A DNA stretch of 63,782 nt, the filler included, from an uncultured Methanosarcinales archaeon (GTDB taxonomy: Archaea; Nanobdellota; Nanobdellia; Woesearchaeales; B54-G15): the NCBI GenBank assembly GCA_964519225.1. It is 3 parts of 3 records of this genome, joined end to end, with 100 filler letters (N's around TTAATTAATTAA, not from the genome) between each part and the next. Parts side by side here need not be neighbours in the genome. Positions count along the whole stretch, not along the records: positions 1 to 28,016 come from CAZFJK010000010.1; 2 more parts are not named here. One strand, given 5' to 3'. Positions 9,332-19,070 of this stretch are shown here, piece by piece. The notes below the pieces were generated by a model, which ran no database searches, was not told where the DNA came from, and saw only the letters and a program-made list of their open reading frames with translations. Made by a program: the position numbers and the translations under genes. Every line of letters starts with the position of its first letter. Within the stretch, counting starts at the first letter, position 1.

Positions 9332-9940
9332 TTAGTCATTTATTAATGGCTTTTTTTCTATTTCTTCCCTTAAATCTTCAGATGATAAGTCAGAATACCA
9401 CTCAAGTATTGTTTTGATAGTATCTCCAGTATTCTGCTGAACAAACTTAATATCCCTTCCTGCTTTCCTGCTCAACCTAATGAAAGTATGCCTCAGCCAA
9501 TGAGAGCCAACTATGTGAGCATAAGGAAAATCTATCTTTTTGCACCATCTTTTTAATATCCTGTTAGCTGTCTTTTCAGAAAAAGGAAACAATCTCTTGT
9601 CCTTAATGCCTTCTATCTGCCTCTGCTTGAGCCACATCTTCAAGCTTGACCTTACAAACTCCGGCCAATATACAAATCTCCACTTATCTTTCTTATGATC
9701 GTAAGTATATGTCCTGTTCTCTTTCCAGTCAATATGCACAATTTCTGTGTTAACAACATCAGAAACCCTCAGGCCTGTCTGGCTGTGATACAAGATATAT
9801 GTCCTGTCCCTTATATCATCAACTACTTGGTATAACTTTTTCAAATATTGCTGTGGAATATACTTGTCCCCTTTGCTGATTTTATTAGACACTACTAAAG
9901 ATTTTTCTTGTTTTACATCATTTTTTTGCATCATTTTCAT
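9332..9940 (-). CDS. Short tyrosine recombinase/integrase (catalytic domain only)
   Basis: TGLRVSD, K, HWLRHT, TGD...WY motifs; 202 aa with no arm-binding domain. Confidence 0.85.
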   Translation of the reverse strand: MKMMQKNDVKQEKSLVVSNKISKGDKYIPQQYLKKLYQVVDDIRDRTYILYHSQTGLRVSDVVNTEIVHIDWKENRTYTYDHKKDKWRFVYWPEFVRSSLKMWLKQRQIEGIKDKRLFPFSEKTANRILKRWCKKIDFPYAHIVGSHWLRHTFIRLSRKAGRDIKFVQQNTGDTIKTILEWYSDLSSEDLREEIEKKPLIND

Positions 9941-10013
9941 ATATATTGTCCGATTCGCTGGTAGAAATGGACACCCTATTTCTCATAAAATTGTGCTAAG
10001 GATACCCACAAAT

Positions 10014-10265
10014 TTATTTATGGGAATGCCTTTCCTCCATTAGTTTATCAATAAAATTACATGCTTGTTTTAAACATCCAGAACTCCAATCAGTTCTTTT
10101 GTCTATTTCTAAAACATATTGTCTCCATCCACCTGACCATAATATTACTGCAAGAATATCATCTTGATTGCTTTTTGGAACTACTGCATACTTCTTTGTT
10201 TTGCCTTTGTGTTCCAATTCTCTAAACATTAAGTATTCTTTTTCTACCATTTGGAAACCCCACAC
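10014..10265 (-). CDS. Hypothetical viral protein
   Basis: Globular Trp-containing ORF in the early block. Confidence 0.55.
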   Translation of the reverse strand: MWGFQMVEKEYLMFRELEHKGKTKKYAVVPKSNQDDILAVILWSGGWRQYVLEIDKRTDWSSGCLKQACNFIDKLMEERHSHK

Positions 10266-10296
10266 TTTAGTGTAATTTATTTTGGGAGTGTGTCAT

Positions 10297-10491
10297 TCAA
10301 TCACCTAAATTCTTGCCAACCTTTATGTTATATTTCTTGTCATACTCAAATGTGAACATTGCATTGCAGTTCCTGCACCGCAGGTTGCCTAACCTTGTTC
10401 TTGTCAATCCACGCTGTCCGATTGCCCCGCAAGCAGGGCATTCTGGGTACTTATACCTCCAGTTGTTGTTCCTCTTTGCTATTTTTATCAC
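10297..10491 (-). CDS. Zn-ribbon protein
   Basis: CPACG...CRNC. Confidence 0.7.
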   Translation of the reverse strand: MIKIAKRNNNWRYKYPECPACGAIGQRGLTRTRLGNLRCRNCNAMFTFEYDKKYNIKVGKNLGD

Positions 10492-10756
10492 CTTCCCTTT
10501 TGTCTTTTAATGCATCTATTATCGTGATGCTGAACTTCTTTTTCTTGTGCTTCAAAATGTCCTGCACTTCCTTGAGCGTGAATGATGTGTCTGGGAAATA
10601 TATGCCGTTGATGGTTGTCATTTTACAAACTCCTTCATACTGGCCTGTTTCTCATCAAACCTTTTCAGGCACTCTTCCATTGCCCTGATGCCGTTCTCAT
10701 TGTTCAGTGCCTTGTATTTCGCAAGCAGTTTAAGGTAGTGGTTTTTGTCGTGCATT

Positions 10757-10987
10757 TTACTCTCCCAAATTAGTTTCTGGATGTGTTAGATAGGCTTTTG
10801 ATATTATTAATCCACCAATTAATATTCCAACACAAGCAATAATATTTCTAACCCAAATATACCAAACAGGATTGGTATTAATTGACATAGCAATTATCAT
10901 AACTATTACCCAAAAACCAGATAACACAAAAATAAATGCAAAAACATTCTCCGTAAATCCATATTTTTCCATACTTTTTTTTATCAT
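10757..10987 (-). CDS. Small two-TM protein
   Basis: Two hydrophobic helices; GAGGT RBS. Confidence 0.55.
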   Translation of the reverse strand: MIKKSMEKYGFTENVFAFIFVLSGFWVIVMIIAMSINTNPVWYIWVRNIIACVGILIGGLIISKAYLTHPETNLGE

Positions 10988-11059
10988 TTTACCTCTTCTA
11001 TTGCATCAACAAGCCTTTCAAGGTCAAGCCTGCTTAACCTGCTCCAGTTGAAATCTGTT

Positions 11060-11383
11060 TTAAGCTGCTTGTTCAATTCTTTCATCAGCTGTTTTCTTGT
11101 TTTTTTCATCTTTCATCCCCTTGCATACCATGTATATTACGCTGACTGCCCCGAAGCAGAGCAGGAAAAGCTCAAGGTTGGCTTCGCCGTAACGGTTTAT
11201 GTGTATCATCACTGACTTGTCTGGCGAAGTGTATGCCACTGCAAAAGTCATGAACATGGTTACAAAGCTTGCCATTACAATGCTCCATGAAAACCACTGC
11301 ATGAAATACTCAATCTTTTGCTTTAGTGCCATTTTTCTCCAATAGCCTTGCCCAGCTCTTGTAAAACTTCTCTTGTTCGTCAT
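11060..11383 (-). CDS. Two-TM membrane protein
   Basis: Two hydrophobic helices. Confidence 0.55.
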   Translation of the reverse strand: MTNKRSFTRAGQGYWRKMALKQKIEYFMQWFSWSIVMASFVTMFMTFAVAYTSPDKSVMIHINRYGEANLELFLLCFGAVSVIYMVCKGMKDEKNKKTADERIEQAA

Positions 11384-11551
11384 TGTCCTGCATTATGAGC
11401 TCTTCATAATCAATCATTCTTGTTGCTCCTTTTTCTCATCTTGTCTCTCAAAGCCATATAGCATTTGTACTCAAAAGGGCATCTCTTGCAGATAAGGCTT
11501 TTGTCGCTGTGTTGTTCTGTTCCGAAGCACAAAGGTTTTTGTATTTCCATT

Positions 11552-11812
11552 TTAATCCCAATATATTGCAATAGCTTTTTTTAGTGGATTTCCAGTTTCA
11601 ACATCTATTTTAGTGCATCCCACATAACACCTACCAAAACCAAAAGTTGGGCATATCTTTTCTTTTAATCCTACACCAGGGCAATCATACATTGTTCTTT
11701 TTGCATCAAGTGTATCAATTGTTATGTGGAAATGTGAAAAAAACCAAAAAAAGATAATTATTGTAACAAGTATCAAAGAAATTGTTGCCATAGTTCTTGT
11801 TTCCATCTTCAA
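11552..11812 (-). CDS. Membrane-anchored Cys-containing protein
   Basis: N-terminal TM helix; 4 Cys. Confidence 0.5.
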   Translation of the reverse strand: MKMETRTMATISLILVTIIIFFWFFSHFHITIDTLDAKRTMYDCPGVGLKEKICPTFGFGRCYVGCTKIDVETGNPLKKAIAIYWD

Positions 11813-12027
11813 TACCCCAGCTCTTCTTTTCTGATTTCCTTGTACAGCTCAAACAAGCCCTTGATCAGTGCCTTCATTTCATTCTTGGAATAAGCCTTGT
11901 GAGTTCCTGCTGCAATGACTGCTGCGTTGTTTATTGCCATGCCCAAGCTGAACCTGTCTGCCTGCTCTACCTTGTAGTCATGGACTGTTTTGCTTGATTC
12001 TCTTAAGCTCATCTTCAATACCTCCAT
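11809..12027 (-). CDS. Hypothetical protein
   Basis: Operon-coupled ORF with RBS. Confidence 0.5.
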   Translation of the reverse strand: MEVLKMSLRESSKTVHDYKVEQADRFSLGMAINNAAVIAAGTHKAYSKNEMKALIKGLFELYKEIRKEELGY

Positions 12028-12217
12028 ATCTTTTCTTGATTATTATATTGCTTATATAATTGAATATTATAAAAGTTAGTATAGCAACAATAAAACCCCA
12101 ATAAATTTCATTTGCAATTATATACATTGTAAGTGCGGCAAGCAGGCAGAAAACAAACAGGCTTCCTGCAAAAATTGCTATTTTAACCTCAAAGTTTGTA
12201 GGTTCTCTTAATGGCAT
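11978..12217 (-). CDS. Small two-TM protein
   Basis: Two hydrophobic helices. Confidence 0.5.
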   Translation of the reverse strand: MPLREPTNFEVKIAIFAGSLFVFCLLAALTMYIIANEIYWGFIVAILTFIIFNYISNIIIKKRYGGIEDELKRIKQNSP

Positions 12218-12325
12218 TTAGCATTCACCTTTTTTAGTTTTTCTTCTAATTTTGTAATTCTGTCCTCGTGGTCTTCAAGCCATTGCTTTAATTCATCTTG
12301 GCTTATAGGAATATAGTCTTCCACT

Positions 12326-12619
12326 TTAATCACCCTCACTTTCCTTTTCCTTTTCTGAAGTTGAAAGGTGGCGTTTCTTTACTTCTTCAATATGTTCAAC
12401 TAATTTATTCCAAGCATCTTCAATAGTTTCGCATTCATTAGCTTCAGGGCATTTCAAATCATCAAACACTTCTTTCTTTGCTTCCATCTCAAATTGTTCA
12501 AGTAATTTACTTCCTTCTGACATTACAATATTCTTTTGTAAGTAACCTATCAATTTTAGTTTTATTGCATCTTTTTTCATATTTTCACCTTTCAAAGTTT
12601 TAATTGAACTGAATACCAA
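12326..12619 (-). CDS. Hypothetical protein
   Basis: GGTGA RBS before MKKDAI (likely true start). Confidence 0.5.
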   Translation of the reverse strand: MVFSSIKTLKGENMKKDAIKLKLIGYLQKNIVMSEGSKLLEQFEMEAKKEVFDDLKCPEANECETIEDAWNKLVEHIEEVKKRHLSTSEKEKESEGD

Positions 12620-12644
12620 GGGGTAGTTATTTTTTGCCCCCTTA

Positions 12645-12890
12645 TTATTTCTTTAGTTTCTTCTCTAAATCGCCGTACTTTGCCTTTATCTGCCTTAGTT
12701 CCTTGTGGTTGGGGTTTCTTATTTTGTTGGAATATCCAAGTATCAAATATCCTTCTTGGATGTCATAATACACTGGTCTATGGTCTATTTTACCTATGTA
12801 CTTTCTTGGCTCATATTTGTGTTTGTACAGGTCATTCATTTTTATGCCTCCATAATCAAAAAAATAAAGGGCAAATTGCCCTTTATTCAA
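12645..12890 (-). CDS. Hypothetical protein (likely start MNDLY)
   Basis: GGAGG RBS upstream of the internal Met. Confidence 0.5.
   Translation of the reverse strand: MNKGQFALYFFDYGGIKMNDLYKHKYEPRKYIGKIDHRPVYYDIQEGYLILGYSNKIRNPNHKELRQIKAKYGDLEKKLKK
12856..12887 (-). terminator. Hairpin with U-tract after the 12883-13239 gene
   Basis: AATAAAGGGCAA-A-TTGCCCTTTATT palindrome followed by a T-run on the minus strand. Confidence 0.65.
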
Positions 12891-13239
12891 TCAGTAATCT
12901 AAAAAATCCCTCTGGTGAAGTAAGACACTTTACTTGATCCCCTACTTCAGGCAGCTTATTGTAATATTTCTTGTACTTGCCTAAGTTGCTGTTAGAACTA
13001 AATACTGTCTTGTCGCCTTCGTTCTTGTAGTTGAACAGCTTTGAAAACTCATACTTCTGCCCCATGTAATTTACTTCTATGTGAACATTGATTGCTGGAC
13101 TGTTCACATCTCCTTTCCAACCGTCCAAATTCTTCACAAAGTCTGAGGTCTTGCCATCATCAATATTCACGATTACGCCTACTGTAGATATACCTGCCCC
13201 TAAACCTTGTTTCTCTTCGCTTTTTTGTGGGTTATACAT
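12883..13239 (-). CDS. Beta-rich protein, possible OB-fold ssDNA-binding protein
   Basis: Beta-strand pattern; strong RBS and own terminator; near the replication module; function inferred. Confidence 0.4.
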   Translation of the reverse strand: MYNPQKSEEKQGLGAGISTVGVIVNIDDGKTSDFVKNLDGWKGDVNSPAINVHIEVNYMGQKYEFSKLFNYKNEGDKTVFSSNSNLGKYKKYYNKLPEVGDQVKCLTSPEGFFRLLIE

Positions 13240-13584
13240 TGTATTTATTCCTCCATATTTTTTTCATCTGTTTGATGAACATTACCTAAATAATGATTGA
13301 TTATTCCTTTTATGGCCATGTTCTTTGAAGAATAATTATGTTTTTTCATATAGGCCTTCAAAAGTTCTTCTTCCTTTTCATCCAAAAATAACAGTACTTG
13401 CATCTTAATTTCCTCCGTTTAATGTGTTATTATTATAATAATCATAATAACTATTTAAATATTTCGCTACTCCAAAACAACCTTTGGAGTATACAAGCAA
13501 AGTCCAAAGCAGGCAGAAAAAGAGGTGAATGGGGGTATTGGTATAGAATACCTCCAGAAAACTGCTTGCTATTTTGGTTTGCTT

Positions 13585-13719
13585 TCATCTGTTGAACCTG
13601 CAATTGACTTTTGGGCAAGTGTAACGGTGCTTTAAGTGCGGGATCAGCTTTCTGCCGCAGATTGGGCATTTGGTTGAGCTACTCAGTTTCCAGATGAAAA
13701 TTTTTAGTGAATCAAGCAT
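13585..13719 (-). CDS. Small Zn-finger protein (44 aa, not in ORF track)
   Basis: MLDSLKIFIWKLSSSTKCPICGRKLIPHLKHRYTCPKVNCRFNR; GGAGGT RBS. Confidence 0.7.
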   Translation of the reverse strand: MLDSLKIFIWKLSSSTKCPICGRKLIPHLKHRYTCPKVNCRFNR

Positions 13720-13756
13720 TTTGTACCTCCAGCCTTGCGATGGCTTTTGCTCAAGG

Positions 13757-13809
13757 GTTAATTACCACAAGATATTGTTAATTACCACAGGGTATTTTTC
13801 ATTACAACT
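13757..13809. repeat. Iteron-like direct repeats with 20-bp period
   Basis: GTTAATTACCACA at 13757 and 13777, plus a degenerate third copy. Confidence 0.8.
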
Positions 13810-13908
13810 TTTTTGCTGATTTTGGTCATTTTTCTGTTTTCAGATTTTTTCTTATTTTCTCAAAATCTTGCTGATTTCTGAAATTCATATATGAATGCGG
13901 TAAAAAAA

Positions 13909-14007
13909 TGTCACACTTGGCACACTTGCCACCCCACTTCAACCCTATAGTAAACATTTTCTTTTATATAAGGGTAAAATGGGGTGGCAAGTGTGGTAAC
14001 CGTGGCA
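13909..14007. other. Long inverted repeat; putative replication origin
   Basis: CACACTTGCCACCCCA (13921-13936) / TGGGGTGGCAAGTGTG (13980-13995) perfect arms around an AT-rich core, abutting the primase-helicase stop codon. Confidence 0.7.
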
Positions 14008-16374
14008 TTATAAAACCTCTTCAACTTCAGCAATATCCACTTTTCTTTGAACATCTACCCAGTACCAAACCCTATTATTCCCTTCTTGAATCCTATCTGG
14101 ATAAGCCCCATTGTATTCCATTACTCCCTTTATGGTCTTGTCTCCTTTTGGCCTTCCAAGATTGTTCTGTTTGCACCAGTTGACATAATCTTTCCTTATC
14201 AAGTCTTTTTCAGTGCGGCCTTCACCAAACACTAACATTTCATTACAATACGCCTCAAAGCTGTTAGACTTCCTTATATACATCTTTTTTATTTGGTTAG
14301 TGCTTTTGTTATAGCTGAAAAAACCTTGCTTCTCAAGCCGTTTAAAGCCCTCTATAGCCCAATTAAGCAAACCCGAAAGTTCCTGCCTTGTTGTGATTTT
14401 CTTTATTATGTCTGGGTCTCTTAACTTTATATTGCCATTTTTGCCATCCATATCCTTTTCATCAACAAATTTCATAGGGTAATTGATTAATATGATTCTA
14501 TCATAAAAAGCATCACTGCCATCATAACTTATTGGGAGCTCATTAAGGCCAAATATTAATTTTGCATAGTTTGTGAATTTAATTGGTTCTAAGAATTTTC
14601 TGTTTGCTTCCTGTAAATCTCCTCCGCTTAATGATTTGAGTATATTTGAGTTGGTTATTGCATTCTTTCCTATATCTCCAGAAATGTTAATTAGTTTCTT
14701 ATGCAATGAAACCTTTGTAAACTCATTGTTTGAAAGATCATCAATAGAAACTTCTGAACAGTTTTCAATACCTATAAGGCTTTTGAGCAAATTAAGTGTA
14801 ACACTTTTGCCGTTTCTTCCAACTCCTTCCAAAATAAAAATATGATGGTATTTATATTCTCTTAACAAAGCAAAACCAAATATTTCCTGCATTAACACAA
14901 TGTCCTCCTTTGAACTAAGTACCTCGCTAAAGAATTTCTTGCATTCAGGACAATCTGCACTTTCATCAAAATAAACAGGAAGCTTTGCAAAAAACTTATA
15001 TTTTGGGTCAAAATCCATTAACTGGCCACTTTTTAAGTTTAAAATACCATTTTCGACAGGGATTAAGTATTCTGGCTTTGTTTCTTTGAATAAATCCTCT
15101 TGTTTTATATAACTCCTTATTTTTATTTTTTCACATACTTGGTTTATAAAATAAGTTGTGTAATTCTCATTAAGTATGTTATCAACATACTCTTTTATTG
15201 TTGTTATCCCTTCTGGAATATATATCCCATTTTGGTATATCCAAACTTCAGGATTTTTGTCGCTTCTTGTTGTATAAACTTTGTGTTCTTTTAAAAAAAG
15301 ATTTGCCAGGAGTTCGGCAGCTTTCTTTTTCTTATTCAAAATCATTAATTGGATTATATTCTGCTTTGTTATTTCAGAATCATTGTTTTGTTGTTTTGTC
15401 TCTTTCTCGTTAATAAGGCCTTTCTTAACAGCAAGATTATATGCAACCTCCAGAGCTTTTTTATCCCCTTTAATCTTGCTTAGCCCTCTGCCCTTGTGTG
15501 GTGTTCCTGCATCTTCGCAGCTGGCATATCCAGCTTCAACGCAAAGGTATTGCACAGCATTAAGAGAAACCATATGCCGCCAGCAGTGGCCTAATGAACC
15601 ATCACTGCTTAAACTGAAATTACTCCTCGTTTCACTTTCATGCAATGGATGGCTTACTCTTTTGCTCTGCGGAATTAATCCAACAATATCAGAAACCTTT
15701 AATTTGAACAACTCATCATATTTTCCGCTTGTATAACCCTTAAATTCCTCTTTCTGCTTTATTTTAGTCTCAATTTCAATGTTTTCCCTTTGCTTATCTT
15801 TAAAGAATTGCGGCAAGTCTTCAAAACTCATTAGTTTTGGCTGCAAGGCATCCTTAACTGTGTAATAACCGGCATCTTGGTTATTATTGTTTTCAGTAGG
15901 CACAAAAGAGCCAGGTGATAGTACATATTGGTTATTACTCCTCATTTCTCCGGAATCTGTCGGCATGTTGATTTTTGCAGTGTCATCCTTGTTCCATCCA
16001 AAGAAATGCCATCCTTCTCTTTTCCTGCTTGTTACTGTTAATGTATTTTTTGGCAACTGGTCAAAATATTTTTTATCATCAATATCTCCAATAATTAAAA
16101 TATCATCTTTTCTTGCACTTATTCCAATGTTATAGCCTTGCTTTATGTGTTCAATGCATTGCTCCTTGCTTAATCTTGCTGATTTATGATGCCAAGAACC
16201 ATTGCTTGATTGGTCTATTCTTAATATGGCTGTTGGGCTTGGGTCTTTTCTGTTTGGCTTGCATGGAAAAAACCAAGGGGTATAATCTTCTGGAGCATTC
16301 TGCATAAGTAAAGCATAAAACTTTTCAAATTCCTGAATGCATTTATTTATATCTTTCTCCATCTGACATTCCAC
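14008..16374 (-). CDS. Primase-polymerase / D5-like SF3 helicase replication protein
   Basis: Prim-pol motifs DIDD and GWHFF; His/Cys Zn-like region; D5_N (IPVENGILNL); Walker A GVGRNGKS. Confidence 0.92.
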   Translation of the reverse strand: MECQMEKDINKCIQEFEKFYALLMQNAPEDYTPWFFPCKPNRKDPSPTAILRIDQSSNGSWHHKSARLSKEQCIEHIKQGYNIGISARKDDILIIGDIDDKKYFDQLPKNTLTVTSRKREGWHFFGWNKDDTAKINMPTDSGEMRSNNQYVLSPGSFVPTENNNNQDAGYYTVKDALQPKLMSFEDLPQFFKDKQRENIEIETKIKQKEEFKGYTSGKYDELFKLKVSDIVGLIPQSKRVSHPLHESETRSNFSLSSDGSLGHCWRHMVSLNAVQYLCVEAGYASCEDAGTPHKGRGLSKIKGDKKALEVAYNLAVKKGLINEKETKQQNNDSEITKQNIIQLMILNKKKKAAELLANLFLKEHKVYTTRSDKNPEVWIYQNGIYIPEGITTIKEYVDNILNENYTTYFINQVCEKIKIRSYIKQEDLFKETKPEYLIPVENGILNLKSGQLMDFDPKYKFFAKLPVYFDESADCPECKKFFSEVLSSKEDIVLMQEIFGFALLREYKYHHIFILEGVGRNGKSVTLNLLKSLIGIENCSEVSIDDLSNNEFTKVSLHKKLINISGDIGKNAITNSNILKSLSGGDLQEANRKFLEPIKFTNYAKLIFGLNELPISYDGSDAFYDRIILINYPMKFVDEKDMDGKNGNIKLRDPDIIKKITTRQELSGLLNWAIEGFKRLEKQGFFSYNKSTNQIKKMYIRKSNSFEAYCNEMLVFGEGRTEKDLIRKDYVNWCKQNNLGRPKGDKTIKGVMEYNGAYPDRIQEGNNRVWYWVDVQRKVDIAEVEEVL

Positions 16375-17000
16375 ATAGTTTTTCTTTTTCTTATGTTATA
16401 CTCATAAGTTTGATAAAATATTTTTGGCATTGATTTAATACCATCTAAACAAGAAGATAATAAAATTCCTACACCAGGCTCAAATGTTTTGCCTCTGCCA
16501 CTCCTTCTCCATTCATCCCATAATGTTCTTAAGAATTGTTTTGACTTATTATATTCATAAGGCGGTTCATTTTTAGCTTGTTGTAATACTTTATGCCATT
16601 CTTCATCATTAGGGTATGATTTTATTTCTGATTCAAATAAATGACCATTTATAGAATGTTTTGTGGCAATTATAAAAAAATTAATGTCTATTTTTTTTCC
16701 TTCAATATAATATTTTACTTTATTTTCCTTATATTCCTTTAGATATGTTGTAATTATTTTAGCTGCACTATAAATATTTTTATCACATATTGCTGGTTTT
16801 ATTTCAATAGCACCATACTTGTTAAGAATCTGAGAATAGATAATCATGTCCGGCTTTTTTCTTGACTGACCTTGAACTTTGAATATGTTTTGGTTATTAA
16901 GTTCTTTTATTTTTCTGTTATACCATACTTGAACCCCATTTGATTGTAACCAGCTACTTAACATAATTTCTGCTGTTACCTCAGGTTTCACTATTACCAC
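16347..17000 (-). CDS. PD-(D/E)xK nuclease-like protein
   Basis: E...KPDMIIY...AIEIK motif. Confidence 0.65.
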   Translation of the reverse strand: MVIVKPEVTAEIMLSSWLQSNGVQVWYNRKIKELNNQNIFKVQGQSRKKPDMIIYSQILNKYGAIEIKPAICDKNIYSAAKIITTYLKEYKENKVKYYIEGKKIDINFFIIATKHSINGHLFESEIKSYPNDEEWHKVLQQAKNEPPYEYNKSKQFLRTLWDEWRRSGRGKTFEPGVGILLSSCLDGIKSMPKIFYQTYEYNIRKRKTMWNVRWRKI

Positions 17001-17220
17001 CCCTTAACTCAATTCTCCTTACATCAGAGAGCCTTAATGCCTCAGTCTTATCATTTCTTTTAAGAACAAGATGAGTTGGTGTAATATCAATCAAAAATCC
17101 TTCCTTGGACTTAGGGTATGGGCTTGGAGGATCATCAACTATAACATTTATTTTCTTGTGCAGAAACTCTTTCCAGCTTTCCGTTTCTTCCATATTACCA
17201 ACTCTTTTTCCAAAACTCAA
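16981..17220 (-). CDS. Sm/LSm-like fold protein
   Basis: FLHKKINVIVD...EGFLIDITPTHLVL...LRLSDVRRIE resembles the Sm1/Sm2 pattern. Confidence 0.55.
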   Translation of the reverse strand: MSFGKRVGNMEETESWKEFLHKKINVIVDDPPSPYPKSKEGFLIDITPTHLVLKRNDKTEALRLSDVRRIELRGGNSET

Positions 17221-17341
17221 GGAATAACTTGTAAAGCATAACTACTATTTATACTTTTTCTTTTCCTTCTGTTTTGCTTCGTAAGCCCACAGGGTTTTCC
17301 TAATCTCGCTTGGCTTTTCGCTTAGTATTTCGTACCACATC

Positions 17342-18028
17342 TTAGTTTGCGAACTTATTTAATTTATTTTGATTTCCCCATTTCTCTTCAATCTCTTTTA
17401 GTTTAAAATTAGGTCTAAATTCAACAGGGCTATCTTTTTCATATTGTTTCAACTTTTTCCAAAGTTTAGGGTAATCTTGATATAAAACCCTTAAAGAATC
17501 TTTATTTTGTTTAGGGCATAACCAACAACCCAATCTTTTAAATTTTTTATATAAATGGCTTGCTAATCCTTTTTCTTTGAGATAACTTAAACATTTCTTT
17601 TCAGTCCAACCCCAATCAATTAAAGGATACTTTAGATTTTTATTGTTTAGTTGTATTCTATGTTTTTCATCTGATGCAATACCTAAATAAACAATATTCC
17701 CTTTACAAAACTTATTTAATTGCCACATTTTTAAATCCCTATTACACCAATCAACAATATGAACTTTTGGAAATCCCCTCATATTTCCTTTATTATGTCC
17801 TCTAACTCTTTTCCCATAAAACCTTTGATCCCAAGTATATTTAGATTTTAAAATCTTAATCTTTCTTCCAATATAATTTTCAACTTTTTTAATATAATCA
17901 TAAAGTTCTGGAAATTCTAATCCTGTATCAGCAAAAACTATTTCATCAATAGGCATATTCAATTCAATCATCCTGATTAGCATGGCTGTTGAATCTTTAC
18001 CACCACTAAAACTTACAATATGTTTCAT
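17342..18028 (-). CDS. PAPS reductase family (CysH/DndC-like) protein
   Basis: SFSGGKDS PP-loop, DTGLEF, WC...LK, YPL..W, RLGCWLCP. Confidence 0.92.
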   Translation of the reverse strand: MKHIVSFSGGKDSTAMLIRMIELNMPIDEIVFADTGLEFPELYDYIKKVENYIGRKIKILKSKYTWDQRFYGKRVRGHNKGNMRGFPKVHIVDWCNRDLKMWQLNKFCKGNIVYLGIASDEKHRIQLNNKNLKYPLIDWGWTEKKCLSYLKEKGLASHLYKKFKRLGCWLCPKQNKDSLRVLYQDYPKLWKKLKQYEKDSPVEFRPNFKLKEIEEKWGNQNKLNKFAN

Positions 18029-18527
18029 TTTCTTTTGCTTTTATCTTTAATTTCCTCTTCAAGTTCTCTTATCTTTCCCATCAGGTATGCAATTAAATCC
18101 TTGTCTCTCTTGCATCTCAGGTTTGCACCAACCAGCAGGTCAGCCATTTCTTTCTTGCTGAACTTCTCAAGTATTTCTTTTTTGGTTATTTTCATTCTTT
18201 TGCCTTGAACTGAATGTCATACAGCCCTGACTTCAACGACTTGTATAATGTGAATGTCCTGCCGTCAAAAAGCTGTCCGTTCTCAATCACTATTTCAAAG
18301 CTTTTCATTTTAAGCCAGCAACTCTCTCATGCCCTTGAAACAGCCTTGACTGATGTACAGCGGAATAAATCCTTGCTTTCTCACAAACAGCTTCGTGATT
18401 CTAAGCCAAATCGGTTTCCTTCCATACTTAATAACTCTCATTCAAATCACCCCTTAGCTGTGCCTTAAGCTTATTCATCTGAGCCTTAAAGCCGCCTGCC
18501 GTTGTTATTCCACCTATTGACCTATTC

Positions 18528-18683
18528 TCAAGGTTTATGTATATTTTGTCTTTCACTTCCATTCATACCACCTCTTTTTACTTTTACTGAACTCTTGCAC
18601 CGAGGGCATGTAGCATAGAACGGGCTCTTGCCTTTATAGTTCCACTCATACGTGCATTTTGGATTCTTGCATTTCAGTAACAT
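18528..18683 (-). CDS. Zn-ribbon protein (51 aa, not in ORF track), first gene of an early operon
   Basis: MLLKCKNPKCTYEWNYKGKSPFYATCPRCKSSV... Confidence 0.75.
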   Translation of the reverse strand: MLLKCKNPKCTYEWNYKGKSPFYATCPRCKSSVKVKRGGMNGSERQNIHKP

Positions 18684-18699
18684 AGTAGGTAGTATGTAG

Positions 18700-18722
18700 A
18701 GCAACTATTTAAATCTTTCGGT
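18700..18722 (-). promoter_or_regulatory. Archaeal BRE-TATA promoter (leaderless transcript)
   Basis: CGAAAGATTTAAATAG about 24 nt upstream of the ATG at 18683. Confidence 0.7.
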
Positions 18723-18953
18723 GTTGCAGTATATAGGTTATAGTAAATCTCAATTTTTGCGAACAAAATAACAATATGCTATATAGAGATTTAATATAAA
18801 CATTCGCAAAATAGTTCTTATGCGAACGCTGTTAAGCCACAGGATCAATCTCTCCTTCCCAATATTTGTACAGCTCAACTTTGTCAAACAGGTTAAGCTT
18901 GGCAAACCATTTGTTTAATTGTTTGTTGTTCATTTTACTATACTTGTATAACT

Positions 18954-19017
18954 ATCATACCTTTTCATATTAAAATCATCATACTTCATCATACCTTATC
19001 ATACTTCATCATACTTT
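18954..19017. repeat. Tandem 10-bp repeats (ATCATACYTY)
   Basis: ATCATAC at 18954, 18978, 18988, 18998 and 19008. Confidence 0.9.
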
Positions 19018-19070
19018 TTATAAGTTATAATAAAATAGACTCGCCGGTTCGCTTCAAAACCTTATTTTTC

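Noticed and set aside
13451..13669. 72-aa ORF from the track
   Set aside because: Overlaps a better supported Zn-finger ORF (13585-13719) with an RBS in another frame
13908..14183. 91-aa + strand ORF
   Set aside because: Spans the inverted repeat and lies antisense to the primase-helicase; likely spurious
18954..19017. Possible CRISPR mini-array
   Set aside because: 10-bp tandem units with no spacers; no cas genes
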